Below are positions 1 to 9,870 of a stretch of DNA of 64,000 bases, piece by piece. The stretch lies in the IMG/VR virus record IMGVR_UViG_3300028840_005860, positions 166,070 through 230,069 of that record. One strand, 5' to 3'. Both the position numbers and the translations under genes were made by a program. Below the pieces are notes generated by a model that saw nothing but the letters and a program-made list of their open reading frames with translations, searched no databases and was not told the DNA's origin. Each line of letters begins with the position of its first letter. The stretch's first letter is position 1.

Positions 1-3
1 GAG

Positions 4-2484
4 GTGAGCGCCGCGACCCTGGAGTTCTTCGACGGAGACGAGTTGGCGGCAGACACGTGGGTCTCGAAGTACGCGCTGCGAGACGGCGACGGGCGGTACG
101 TCGAGAAGACCCCCCCCGACATGCACTGCAGGCTCGCGCGAGAGTTCGCCAGGATCGAGAAAAGCTACGAGAACCCGATGTCCGAGGAGGAGATCTTCGG
201 CCTGCTGAGCGACTGGACAGTCGTGGCCCAGGGTTCTCCGATGAGCGGCGTCGGCAACCCGTTCCAGCTCCAGAGCGTCTCCAACTGTTTCGGAATATCG
301 CCGCCGTTCGACTCCTATGGTGGGATCCTGCTCACGGACCAGCAGCAGGCGCAGATCATGAAACGTCGCGGGGGCGTCGGAACCGACATCTCGACGTTGC
401 GTCCCAAGGGGATGCCCACGGCCAACGCGGCCCACACGACGGACGGCCTCGGGATCTTCATGGAGAGGTTCAGCCACACCTGTGGCGAGGTCGGCCAGGG
501 CGGACGACGCGGGGCCCTCATGCTCACCTGCGACGTGCACCATCCCGAGATTCGACGGTTCATCGGCATCAAGGATGAGCGCTCCTCCTGCCGCGTCTGC
601 GGCCACGAGGAGCGCACGCGCGTCACGAAGGCGAACGTGAGCGTGCGCCTGAGCGACGAGTTCCTCGAGGCAGTCGAGAAGGGGGAGAAGTACCAGATGC
701 GCTGGCCGTGCGACCCGGATCAGAAGCCGGTCCTGGAGGAGTGGACCGACGCGCAAGAGATCTGGGACGACATCAACCAGCACGCGCGAGACAGCGCCGA
801 GCCCGGGCTCCTGTTCTGGGATCGCATCCTCCGCGAGAGCCCGGCGGACTGCTACGCGGACGTGGGCTTCAGGACGATCACCACGAACCCGTGCTCGGAG
901 ATTCCCCTGAGCGGCGCGGACGCGTGCCGGCTGCTGCTCGTGAACCTCGCGAAGTTCGTGAAGGACCCCTTCACCGACAAGGCGACGTTCGAGTGGGCGC
1001 GCCTGCACGAGGTCACCAAGAAGGCTCAGCGCCTCATGGACGACCTCGTGGACATTGAGCTCGAGCAGGTCGACAAGATCATCGCGAAGATCGAGGCCGA
1101 CCCGGAACCCCCCGAGGTCAAGACCGTCGAGCTCGGGCTCTGGCGGAAGATCCGGGCCTCCGGACACAACGGCCGCCGCACGGGCCTCGGCGTCACGGCG
1201 GTCGGGGACACCATCGCGATGCTCGGTCACAAATACGGCAGCGATGAGTCGATAGATCTCGTCGAGAAGATCTACAGGGCGCTGGCCGTGGCCTCCTACG
1301 AGTCCTCGATCGAGATGGCCGGAGAGCGCGGGTGCTTCCCCGTCTACAACTACAAGAAGGAGGAGGGACATCCCTTCATCGAGCGCGTCCTCGAGGCGGG
1401 GGGCGAGGAGCTGCGCACCAAGTATGAGCGGCACGGACGCAGGAACATCGCGAACCTGACGACGGCGCCCACAGGAAGCGTCAGCCTGCTGACCCAGACC
1501 TCGAGCGGCATCGAGCCGATCTACAGGGCCATCTACACGCGTCGCAAGAAGATCAACTCCGGGGATCCTGACGCCCGGATCGACTACGTGGACGCGTCGG
1601 GCGAGGCGTGGTCCGAGTACACGGTGCGTCACCACGGACTCGTCAGGTGGGAGCAGGTCACCGGCAAGGGGGACGAGGACTTCGAGGAGAGTCCCTACCA
1701 CGGGGCCGAGGCCCACGACCTGGACTGGAACCAGCGCGTCAGGTTTCAGGCGGCGGCGACCCGGTGGCTCGACCACGCCGTGAGTTCTACGATCAACCTA
1801 CCGGAGGACGTGTCCGTCGACACGGTCAAGCAGATCCACTGGATGGCGTGGAAGTCGGGATGCAAGGGCATCACGACCTACCGCGAAAACTCGCGGGACG
1901 GCGTGCTCGTCGAGAAGCGCGAGTTCCTCCAGCACAGCGCGCCTAAGCGTCCCGAGCGGCTGCCCTGCGACATTCACCGCAGCCGCGTCAAGCGGGAGGA
2001 CGGCGAGTACGAGGACTGGATCATCTTCGTCGGACTGTTCGAGGGCAAGCCGTACGAGGTCTTCGGCGGCACGACCGAGAACATCGAGCTCCCGAAGAAG
2101 GTCACCGAGGGTCACATCGTGAAGCGGGCGCTGAGGTCGGGCGGCAAGTACGATCTTCACTATGGAGAGGCCGACGACCCGCTCAAGATCAAGGATATCG
2201 TCCGGCAGTTCGACAACGCCGATAGGGGCTGGGCGACCCGCATGATCTCACTGGCCCTCCGACACGGGTCTCCGCCGCAGTACATGGTCGAGCAACTCCA
2301 GCACGATAAGGACAGCGACCTCTACGACTTCGCGAAGGCCGTCGCCCGCGTCCTCAAGAAGTACATCCAGGACGGGACGAAGTCGGGGAAGAAGATCTGT
2401 CCGAAGTGCGAGGCACACGACAGCCTCCGGTATCAAGAGGGGTGCCTGCTCTGCATCTCGTGCGGCTACAGCAAGTGCATGTAG
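4..2484 (+). CDS. nrdJ: Class II (B12-dependent) ribonucleotide reductase with C-terminal TSCPD/zinc-ribbon region
   Basis: SNCF, GGVG, TNPCSEI (thiyl Cys), TAPTGSVS, SSGIEP, SSTIN and KGITTYR motifs; C-terminal CPKC...CxSCGYSKC. The start lies at the window edge. Confidence 0.93.
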   Translation: MSAATLEFFDGDELAADTWVSKYALRDGDGRYVEKTPPDMHCRLAREFARIEKSYENPMSEEEIFGLLSDWTVVAQGSPMSGVGNPFQLQSVSNCFGISPPFDSYGGILLTDQQQAQIMKRRGGVGTDISTLRPKGMPTANAAHTTDGLGIFMERFSHTCGEVGQGGRRGALMLTCDVHHPEIRRFIGIKDERSSCRVCGHEERTRVTKANVSVRLSDEFLEAVEKGEKYQMRWPCDPDQKPVLEEWTDAQEIWDDINQHARDSAEPGLLFWDRILRESPADCYADVGFRTITTNPCSEIPLSGADACRLLLVNLAKFVKDPFTDKATFEWARLHEVTKKAQRLMDDLVDIELEQVDKIIAKIEADPEPPEVKTVELGLWRKIRASGHNGRRTGLGVTAVGDTIAMLGHKYGSDESIDLVEKIYRALAVASYESSIEMAGERGCFPVYNYKKEEGHPFIERVLEAGGEELRTKYERHGRRNIANLTTAPTGSVSLLTQTSSGIEPIYRAIYTRRKKINSGDPDARIDYVDASGEAWSEYTVRHHGLVRWEQVTGKGDEDFEESPYHGAEAHDLDWNQRVRFQAAATRWLDHAVSSTINLPEDVSVDTVKQIHWMAWKSGCKGITTYRENSRDGVLVEKREFLQHSAPKRPERLPCDIHRSRVKREDGEYEDWIIFVGLFEGKPYEVFGGTTENIELPKKVTEGHIVKRALRSGGKYDLHYGEADDPLKIKDIVRQFDNADRGWATRMISLALRHGSPPQYMVEQLQHDKDSDLYDFAKAVARVLKKYIQDGTKSGKKICPKCEAHDSLRYQEGCLLCISCGYSKCM

Positions 2485-2490
2485 CGGCCG

Positions 2491-2655
2491 CTAGACGTAG
2501 CAGCTGAAGCTCACGTCGACGCTGAAGTCGACCTTCGGGTCCCGTCTCGGTCGCTCCTCCTCGCGCCTCGTCGCGGGCGCGTCGTCCTCGGGGGGAGGCG
2601 CCGGCGGGGGCGCGCGGGGCTCGTCTTGGGTCGGAATGGGCCGGGTCGGTCTCAC
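2491..2655 (-). CDS. Small Pro-rich hypothetical protein (54 aa, below the ORF track cutoff)
   Basis: Manual translation: GTG start, MRPTRPIPTQDEPRAPPPAPPPEDD...VDFSVDVSFSCYV*; GAGGG upstream; fills the gap between two + genes. Confidence 0.45.
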   Translation of the reverse strand: MRPTRPIPTQDEPRAPPPAPPPEDDAPATRREEERPRRDPKVDFSVDVSFSCYV

Positions 2656-2739
2656 GCCCTCTGCACGAGGCGTCGGAGTAATTTACAGGAAACGCCGGTT
2701 TTCACGTTCTACGGGATCCTGAGGGGGTAAATTCCGTAG

Positions 2740-3285
2740 ATGACGACCCCGCTCAAGGGACTCAAGGTCGTGGACGCGCTGGGCGCGTTCTACCGCGACG
2801 GCGACCGCCTCATGGTGGCCGACGAGCTCGAGGGTACGCGCGACGTGGACAAGATTTTGAGCGCGTTCGAGGGTCACGAGGTGAGGCTCCTGGCGCACCA
2901 TCGACCGCCTGACGTCCCGCTGCGAGACAGGTGGGGAGCGGGCTGCTGCCTGCTCGAGAACACGGGCCGCTGCCACTACGGGCACCACGATGATCCCGGG
3001 CTCCTGTTCGCCTTCGACTCCGTCGGCGTCCTGCGACGGGAGAAGGACGACTGGATCGTGGAGAGGTCTGACGGCGAGCGACTGCGGGTTTACGTGAACT
3101 TCTTGGTGGGGCACAGGTCGCAGGTCGTTGTCACGTCTATTCCCGACCTAGAGAGCATCGACGAAAAGATCAAGTCGTTCGATCCGTCGAACCTGGACCC
3201 TACCAACCTCGAGGACCTCACCGGGCGCCTTCACGAGATCCGCGAGTTCCTTCAGCAGGTCGAATCCCTCAAGCGAGATCTTTGA
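2740..3285 (+). CDS. Hypothetical protein
   Basis: Genome-typical codon usage; stop overlaps the next start (TGATG); GGGGTA promoter-like motif upstream. Confidence 0.8.
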   Translation: MTTPLKGLKVVDALGAFYRDGDRLMVADELEGTRDVDKILSAFEGHEVRLLAHHRPPDVPLRDRWGAGCCLLENTGRCHYGHHDDPGLLFAFDSVGVLRREKDDWIVERSDGERLRVYVNFLVGHRSQVVVTSIPDLESIDEKIKSFDPSNLDPTNLEDLTGRLHEIREFLQQVESLKRDL

Positions 3286-6200
3286 TGTCCAACTACTACG
3301 CCGGGCGCGTCCAGACGGTCGTCTTCGAGAACGACGCCCAGAGCTTCTACGTCGTCAAGATGGTCCTCGACGGTCGAAAGGGGAAGAACGCCTCGGTGAC
3401 GGTCCGCGGGAACGTCCCCGGACTCGAGGTGAGGGAGGGCAGCTGGTTCGGCTTCGAGGCGAAGTGGCAGAACCATCAGACCTACGGACGCCAGCTCGTC
3501 ATCTCGCGCGCTCCGGTCGTCAAGAGTTGGGACGCCCAGACGACCGTGAAGATGCTGCAGGGCCACGGCGTGGGGAGCAGGGTGTGCGAGGCGCTGCTCG
3601 CCCACTTCGGAGAGGGGCTGCCCGACGCGCTCTCGGACAGCGAACGTCTCCAGGAGGTCCCCTCGGTCTCGGAGTTCACGGCGCACTACCTGGTGAGCAG
3701 GTGGCAGGCCGTGCGTTCCATGTTCCAGTCGCTCAAGTTCCTCTCGGACCTGAACCTGCCCAAGCGAAAGATCGAGCGGATCTACACCCGTTTCGGGGAC
3801 GAGGCCGAGCAGGTCCTGAGCGAGAACCCGTGGGCGCTGGTCGAGATCGACGGGATCACGTTCGACCAGGCCGACGAGGTCGCGATGCGCCTCGGACTCG
3901 ACCTGAAGTGTGCCGGACGCATCAGGGGCGCGGTCCTCCACACCTGCAAGGTGCGCCGCGGCATGGGGCACCTGTACCTGAACTCCGGCGAGATCGTGCA
4001 GGGCGTGCACCAGTACGCGCCCGACACGGAGCGACAGCGCATCGCGGAGACCCTCAAGGGGCTCCACGACGAGTCCCTGCTCGTGCTCGACAACCAGACC
4101 CGGCCACAGACCACGGCCATCTACGAGCCCTGGTTCCACGAGGTCGAGAGGGAGAGCGCCCGTCTCCTAGCGGAGAGGATGGAGCACGCGAGCTTCGAGG
4201 ACGACGACGACTTCGCGGAGTACCTCGAGAAGCTCTCCTCCGTGGGCCCCGAGACGAAGAAAGTCGCGGAGGCAGGGAGTCGCGGGCTCGGGGACGTCGC
4301 GCAGGCGGCCATCACCGAGTGGTCGAGCCACGGCGAGATCCGACTCTCCGAGGCCCAGCTCGAGGGCGCCGTCAACGCCCTAGTCGAGCCGGTGTCGATA
4401 GTGACGGGACTTCCCGGGACTGGGAAGTGCGTGGTACCCACCACTTTAGTGAGCGGCCCCTGGGGCGCGCGGCCCATCGGAGACTTCCTACCGACGGGTC
4501 TTGCACCTGACCAAGACCAGACGCTTTCCCTCGACATTGATACGAGCAGGGGAATCGAAAAAACGGCGTACATCTACAATGGAGGCGTAGCTCCCACTGT
4601 CCGCATCACGACGCAATCGGGGTATACCTTGGAGGGCACTCCAGAACATCCCATCCGCATCGTTCAGGAAGGGGACTTCGTCTGGAAAAAGATGGGCGAC
4701 CTGGGCGTCGGTGATGTCCCTGTCATAGTTCGGGGCAGTTTCCACTCCTCAGGGTCCGGCGGCGCGGAGCTGCCCCCGCTGACCGAAGGCGACTATCGGG
4801 AATTTCGATACCGCAGCCCTAGACGGATGTCGGAGGCTCTTGCGCGGGTCTTGGGTTACCTGATCTCAGAGGGCACCGTCACGAGTGCCTCCCACTGGGC
4901 CGTGACCAACCACGATCCTCGCGTCCGCAACGACGTCAGGCGGTGGTGCCAAGATCTGTTCGGCTACGAGGTCCGAGATCATTATGACAAGCGAGTCGGT
5001 GGCCTCGTGGGTGTCCGTCTCAACAGCGTACAGCTTATCAGGTGGTTTCGGGCGTTGGGCGTGGGTGCCGCCACCTCCTTCACTAAAACCGTCCCGCATG
5101 TCATTTTGGCGGGATCGGAAGGCGAGCGCCGAGGTTTCCTTTCCGCTCTATTTGAAGGAGACGGCACCGTGCACGCTGAGCGGTTTTCGGTTGAATATGG
5201 AACCCGGTCCGAGAAACTTGCACGCGGTATCCAGTATCTACTTCTGACGCTCGGCATCGTCTGTTCTTTTCGTGAAGAACAGAGAGAGGGCGCCTCGTGG
5301 TACCGGCTCTCCATGTACGGGCAGGACTACGACAGGTTCCGAGAACGTGTGGGGTGCGAGTTCAAGGTCCTCCCTGAGAGAACCACGAAGACCAACACGA
5401 ACCGGCACCTGATTTACAACGCCGAGTCGCTCATCGAGGCACTCATGGCACAGACGCGTCCCAGGAAAGGAACTGATTACGATCGGTTTTACCGATATGG
5501 GAAGGGGAAAAACGGTAATGAACGGCATCCGTCCCGCGAACATCTGGAGCAGCTGCTGGGTTACGCGAAGAGGTCAACGCCAGTCACCGAGAGACTCCGG
5601 GCTTTGATGCGAGAGGATTTTTTCTACGACCCCATCACGACTATTGAAAGCGGCGTTTCCCAAGTTGTCGATTTCGGTGCGCCAGAAAGTCACGAGTTTC
5701 TCTCAAACGGGTTCATCAGCCACAATACGACCCTGCTGAGGATCGTCGTCAAGGTGCTCCAGGACGCGGGGGTGCCCTTCCTGCTCGTGGCCCCGACGGG
5801 CATCGCCGCCAAGCGCATCACGGCGGTCACGGGCGCCGAGGCGTCGACCATCCACCGGGCGTTCGGAGCCCGTGGCGCCAGGAGCGAGGACGGTCGAGAG
5901 AGCACCTACGCCGGGATCGTGGGTGACGCGGTGTCCACCGTGGACGCCGACGGCAGCGACGAGTACTGGAGCTTCTCGACGATGCGCCCGCACCCGGCGC
6001 GCGTGGTGGTCGTGGACGAGAGCAGCATGATGGACCAGCACCTCCTCTTTCGGCTCCTGAGTTGCACCGTCTCGAGCTGCCGGCTGGTGTTCGTGGGCGA
6101 CGCCGCCCAGCTGCCCTCGGTCGGGCCCGGAAACGTGCTGCGCGACTTGGTGGACAGCGAGCGTTTTCCGGTCGTGAATTTGCGGGAGATCTTCCGTCAG

Positions 6201-6932
6201 GACGAGGCCAGCGACATCGTGATCGCGGCTCACGCCATCAACGGAGGCACCGTCCCGAGTTTCAAGGATGGCTCGAGGGACTTCACCTTCGTGGAGGTCC
6301 GAGACGAGGCGCAGGTGCTCGAGATGGTCGTGGGCACGGTCGAGAAGCTCTACGCTCGCAGAACCAACTTTCAGGTGCTCAGCCCGCGTCACAAGGGGAC
6401 CCTGGGCGTCACGAACCTGAACCTGCGCATCCGCGAACTCCTGAACCCCAAAACTCCCGGCCTCCGGGAGATGCGCCTCGGCTCGGAGACGGTTCGCGAG
6501 GGAGACCGCGTGATGGTCTCCAAGAACAACTACCGCTACGAGATCTTCAACGGGGACGTAGGCAAGGTCACCCGGCTGGACGAGAGGTCGAAGTCGGTCT
6601 CCGTGAAGATCCACGGTCCTCCGGTCATGCAGGTGGAGATGCCGTTCAGGGACGCCCCTGAGCACCTTCGGCTGGCCTACTGCGTGACCATCCACAAGAG
6701 CCAGGGCCAGGAGTACGACGTCATCCTTATGCCGTGGGTGGGCGGCTTCCACCACCAGCTCCAGCGCAACCTGATCTACACGGCGATCACGCGAGCGCGG
6801 AAGAAGGTGATTCTCGTCGGACATCCCGAGGCTTTGGAAAAAGCCGTTCGTAACAGCAAGATCGATACGCGAAATACTCTCTTTCCCGACCGTCTGAGGG
6901 CGTTTCTCGGCCGATTCAGCAGGACCCCGTGA
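3285..6932 (+). CDS. recD2: RecD2-like SF1B DNA helicase, intein-containing
   Basis: N-terminal OB-like and HhH regions (ENPWAL..IDGITFDQAD), Walker A GLPGTGK/TT interrupted by an intein, VVDESSM, GDAAQLPSVGPG, IFRQ, TIHKSQGQEY, YTAITRAR. Confidence 0.93.
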   Translation: MSNYYAGRVQTVVFENDAQSFYVVKMVLDGRKGKNASVTVRGNVPGLEVREGSWFGFEAKWQNHQTYGRQLVISRAPVVKSWDAQTTVKMLQGHGVGSRVCEALLAHFGEGLPDALSDSERLQEVPSVSEFTAHYLVSRWQAVRSMFQSLKFLSDLNLPKRKIERIYTRFGDEAEQVLSENPWALVEIDGITFDQADEVAMRLGLDLKCAGRIRGAVLHTCKVRRGMGHLYLNSGEIVQGVHQYAPDTERQRIAETLKGLHDESLLVLDNQTRPQTTAIYEPWFHEVERESARLLAERMEHASFEDDDDFAEYLEKLSSVGPETKKVAEAGSRGLGDVAQAAITEWSSHGEIRLSEAQLEGAVNALVEPVSIVTGLPGTGKCVVPTTLVSGPWGARPIGDFLPTGLAPDQDQTLSLDIDTSRGIEKTAYIYNGGVAPTVRITTQSGYTLEGTPEHPIRIVQEGDFVWKKMGDLGVGDVPVIVRGSFHSSGSGGAELPPLTEGDYREFRYRSPRRMSEALARVLGYLISEGTVTSASHWAVTNHDPRVRNDVRRWCQDLFGYEVRDHYDKRVGGLVGVRLNSVQLIRWFRALGVGAATSFTKTVPHVILAGSEGERRGFLSALFEGDGTVHAERFSVEYGTRSEKLARGIQYLLLTLGIVCSFREEQREGASWYRLSMYGQDYDRFRERVGCEFKVLPERTTKTNTNRHLIYNAESLIEALMAQTRPRKGTDYDRFYRYGKGKNGNERHPSREHLEQLLGYAKRSTPVTERLRALMREDFFYDPITTIESGVSQVVDFGAPESHEFLSNGFISHNTTLLRIVVKVLQDAGVPFLLVAPTGIAAKRITAVTGAEASTIHRAFGARGARSEDGRESTYAGIVGDAVSTVDADGSDEYWSFSTMRPHPARVVVVDESSMMDQHLLFRLLSCTVSSCRLVFVGDAAQLPSVGPGNVLRDLVDSERFPVVNLREIFRQDEASDIVIAAHAINGGTVPSFKDGSRDFTFVEVRDEAQVLEMVVGTVEKLYARRTNFQVLSPRHKGTLGVTNLNLRIRELLNPKTPGLREMRLGSETVREGDRVMVSKNNYRYEIFNGDVGKVTRLDERSKSVSVKIHGPPVMQVEMPFRDAPEHLRLAYCVTIHKSQGQEYDVILMPWVGGFHHQLQRNLIYTAITRARKKVILVGHPEALEKAVRNSKIDTRNTLFPDRLRAFLGRFSRTP
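4428..5726 (+). mobile_element. Intein with LAGLIDADG endonuclease in the helicase P-loop (433 aa)
   Basis: GK|CVVPTTLV...GTPEHP...LGYLISEG...FLSALFEGDG...NGFISHN|T; lower GC than the exteins. Confidence 0.95.
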
Positions 6933-6940
6933 GGGGTAAA
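6912..6940 (+). promoter_or_regulatory. Putative early/middle promoter (CGATTCAGC...GGGGTAA)
   Basis: 22/29 identical to 17057..17085. Confidence 0.6.
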
Positions 6941-6976
6941 CCCGATGAGGATTTCCACGACGGAGCCCCTGTCGAA

Positions 6977-7414
6977 ATGTCAGAAGCGCACAGCCAGAAC
7001 CCTCCCTCCAAGGACGAGGCGCGCCGGTGGCTACGCCGAGTTCGGCGGGGCATCCGCGTCACGAAGATAACGTGCACGCGCTGCGTGAAGGGCCGGAACG
7101 GAGACAGCTTCGTCGGCTTCTCGGCGGCGTGGCAGTCCGTGCAGGACGACATGGGTGGGTCGGGCGACGTCCACGTGGAGGAGGACGATGCCGAGGAGCA
7201 GGCGGCCCAGGGGCTCAACCTGAAGGACGCCAAGCTGGCGCGGCACATGCTCGCGATGGAGGTGGACCTCGCCGCGCTTGAGTCCGCGGTCGCGAACGGC
7301 ACCATCAGCGCGAGCTACTTCGCGGACGCCACGAAGGGCGTCCGAAACAACTACAACGAACTCATCATGCGAGAGATGGGACTTCTGACCGATGACGGCG
7401 ACCAAGGCAAGTAG
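6977..7414 (+). CDS. Hypothetical protein
   Basis: ORF 6929..7414; ATG 6977 preferred because a promoter-like motif occupies 6912-6940. Confidence 0.75.
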   Translation: MSEAHSQNPPSKDEARRWLRRVRRGIRVTKITCTRCVKGRNGDSFVGFSAAWQSVQDDMGGSGDVHVEEDDAEEQAAQGLNLKDAKLARHMLAMEVDLAALESAVANGTISASYFADATKGVRNNYNELIMREMGLLTDDGDQGK

Positions 7415-8357
7415 CGAGCAGAAGAGGCCCGCGCCCGTCGTCGATCTCGAGCGGATCGGGCGGACGTACGCCGAGCTCAAGGACATGGAGGTCAAGCTCG
7501 ACCCTAATCCCATCGAGTACGGCCCCAAGCGGTTCAACAACCGCATCGCCCGCGTCAGGGCCCTCCTGAACCGCGTCGATCAGATCTTCCTCCAGATCTC
7601 GGAGGATCTCCACTACTTCCAGCGAGACATCAACGCCCGGCGCACCCTCTACGAGCTCGAGAAGCGCGAGCTGCTCGTGAACGATCCGAGGTGTCGGGTG
7701 GGGCGCTCGCAGCAGGAGCGCGAGGCCCTGGCCGACGTGCAGCTCAGGGACCAGATCGAGAAGATTCAGAACCTCGAGGCGCAGGCCCACGACCTGGAGA
7801 CGCTCATGATCTCGGTCAAGTCCAAGCGGACGGACCTCAAGAACGTTCAGGGTCGGATGAAGGACCAGATGAAGCTCATCGAGCACGACATCGGGATGGG
7901 CGCGCGCTGGGGCGGCGATGGCGGCCCTTCGCTCCTCAGCGACGGGGTGAAGGAGATCGACGAGATGCTTGCCAGCGTGGACGAGCGCATGAGCTGGACG
8001 GACGAGGGCGACGAGGTGGCCCCCACCTCGGGGAAGGACGCGACCGCGGACGAGCCCGACGAGGACGACGAGGAAGTCGAGGCGAGCGACGACCAGGATC
8101 CGGCCCCGCAGGCGTCCGAGGAGCCCGTGCTCGAGTTCGGGGCGCCCGACGGAGAGGCCGTTCCCGACATCGCCGAGCTGCTGCCCTCGACCGAGGAGCA
8201 GACGCCCCTTCCCGACGACGGCGTCGAGCGGGACGCCGACGACTTCCTGACGAATTTCGATCCAGAGACGGAGGACGGCGAGGAAAGCGCGGAGGGAGGA
8301 GAAGCCCCAACCTCGGACGGGATCGATGACCTGATCGCGAGCTTCGCCGACGACTAG
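7392..8357 (+). CDS. Coiled-coil protein with acidic tail, possible UvsY-like recombination mediator
   Basis: Helical N-half (DVQLRDQIEKIQNLE...VKSKRTDLKN), long acidic disordered C-half ending IDDLIASFADD; lies upstream of the SSB-like gene, ruvC and recA. Confidence 0.45.
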   Translation: MTATKASSEQKRPAPVVDLERIGRTYAELKDMEVKLDPNPIEYGPKRFNNRIARVRALLNRVDQIFLQISEDLHYFQRDINARRTLYELEKRELLVNDPRCRVGRSQQEREALADVQLRDQIEKIQNLEAQAHDLETLMISVKSKRTDLKNVQGRMKDQMKLIEHDIGMGARWGGDGGPSLLSDGVKEIDEMLASVDERMSWTDEGDEVAPTSGKDATADEPDEDDEEVEASDDQDPAPQASEEPVLEFGAPDGEAVPDIAELLPSTEEQTPLPDDGVERDADDFLTNFDPETEDGEESAEGGEAPTSDGIDDLIASFADD

Positions 8358-8440
8358 GCGGTCGCGGTCTCGGGGCCAAACGAATCGGCAAAGTCTGACG
8401 GACACGCCACCTGAGGAAAGAACAAGGACGAGAGGAAGCA

Positions 8441-9199
8441 ATGACCGACTCACAGGAGACCTTCGGCTTCGGCCAGAACGACGCGGGCGTAGGAGGTCGC
8501 GTCCAGAAGTTCAAGGGCGAGAAGGGGCGGACCTACAGGATAGGGTTCGCTTGGTGGCCCGGCATGGAGGGAGGCCGAGATTTCACGCACAAGGACCTCT
8601 GTCCGAAGGAGGACCAGAACGAGGACGAGCTCACGCCGTTGTTCATCCGGGCGCCCCGGAACTTCATCAACAGCGTTGGCTACGTCATCAACAAGGGGCC
8701 CGAGTTCACTAAGCTCGCCGGGCAAGCTCCGAAGATGATGATCGCGACGATCATCGTCTCGTGGCCACTGGGCAAGCAGGGAACCCCGACGAAGGAGTCG
8801 CTGTTCGGTCAGAAGCCGGACGTGATGCCCTGGATCTTCTCCGGCGACAAGTACGAGAAGCTGAAGAAGATGCACACGTCGGGGTACCCGATGCACGACT
8901 GGGACGTGCAGCTCGACTGCGAGGACTCGCAGTTCCAGAAGTTCGGGTTCCTGCCCGCGAAACAGTGCGTCCTCAAGGAGATGCTGAAGGCCCAGAACCC
9001 CGCGGGACAGGAGATCGCCCAGCACGTGCTCGCCCAGGTCCGCGCCCTCGCGCCCACCCTGGGCAACGAGATCGGACAGGATCTCACCATCGACCAGCTC
9101 CGCGAGCGTATGGGCCAGGACGTGGCCAGCCCGGTGGCGAACATCGTGGCCGGGGACCAGGAGGTGGACAGCATGCTCGGCTCGCTGCTCGACGAGTAG
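8441..9199 (+). CDS. Putative single-stranded DNA-binding protein (gp32-like)
   Basis: Beta-rich core, acidic/hydrophobic tail (EVDSMLGSLLDE), strong RBS, position in the recombination cluster. Confidence 0.55.
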   Translation: MTDSQETFGFGQNDAGVGGRVQKFKGEKGRTYRIGFAWWPGMEGGRDFTHKDLCPKEDQNEDELTPLFIRAPRNFINSVGYVINKGPEFTKLAGQAPKMMIATIIVSWPLGKQGTPTKESLFGQKPDVMPWIFSGDKYEKLKKMHTSGYPMHDWDVQLDCEDSQFQKFGFLPAKQCVLKEMLKAQNPAGQEIAQHVLAQVRALAPTLGNEIGQDLTIDQLRERMGQDVASPVANIVAGDQEVDSMLGSLLDE

Positions 9200-9216
9200 G
9201 GAGCGAGACGTCCCCG

Positions 9217-9861
9217 ATGCTGGTGCTGGGACTTGATCCGTCGTTGACAAATTTCGGATGGGCCCTTCACGACACCGATGCCGAGGGAGCGCCGAGATGC
9301 GTCGAGAGAGGGCGCTTCAGGACGGGTCCCCGTGACTTCCGCGACGAGATCGACAGGTACGTGCATCTCCGCGAGGCGCTCCGCGACAAGGTCGTGGAGC
9401 TTGAGCCCGATCACATGGGTATCGAGCATCCCGTCTTCAACGAAGACTATTCCGAGGGGATGTACGGCCTGTTCCTGTTCAGCCTGGAGGCCATCAAGGA
9501 CTGCGGCCAGGACCTCGTCCTGTTCGCGCCTCCCCAGGTCAAGAAGTTCGCGAAACTCATTCTCGAGCGCCCCCGCGGCTGGTCCATGGCGAAGTCGGAC
9601 ATGGTGGACGCCGCGCGGGAGGACTCGGGGGGAGGCCCCTGGAACCACAACGAGGCGGACGCCTACCTGGTCGCCGCCTTCGCGGGCCGGTTCTGGAAAT
9701 TCTACGAGGGGAGCCTCGTCGAGGACGACCTCACACCCTACGAGAAGAAGACGTTCACGCACATGCGTACCATCACCAAGGGCAAGCGCGCCGGCCAGCT
9801 CGAGATCAAGGGGATCCTGCATCGCGAGTCGGAGAGGTTCTTTCTCTGGTCGATGAAGTAG
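9217..9861 (+). CDS. ruvC: RuvC-like Holliday junction resolvase
   Basis: MLVLGLDPSLTNFGW, IEHP, VKKF, KSDMV, HNEADAY; start reassigned to ATG 9217. Confidence 0.88.
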   Translation: MLVLGLDPSLTNFGWALHDTDAEGAPRCVERGRFRTGPRDFRDEIDRYVHLREALRDKVVELEPDHMGIEHPVFNEDYSEGMYGLFLFSLEAIKDCGQDLVLFAPPQVKKFAKLILERPRGWSMAKSDMVDAAREDSGGGPWNHNEADAYLVAAFAGRFWKFYEGSLVEDDLTPYEKKTFTHMRTITKGKRAGQLEIKGILHRESERFFLWSMK

Positions 9862-9870
9862 AGGGCAGCG

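Noticed and set aside
570-630. Intein or insertion element in nrdJ (SSCRVCGHEE)
   Set aside because: Only a ~12-aa Cys-pair loop; no splicing motifs.
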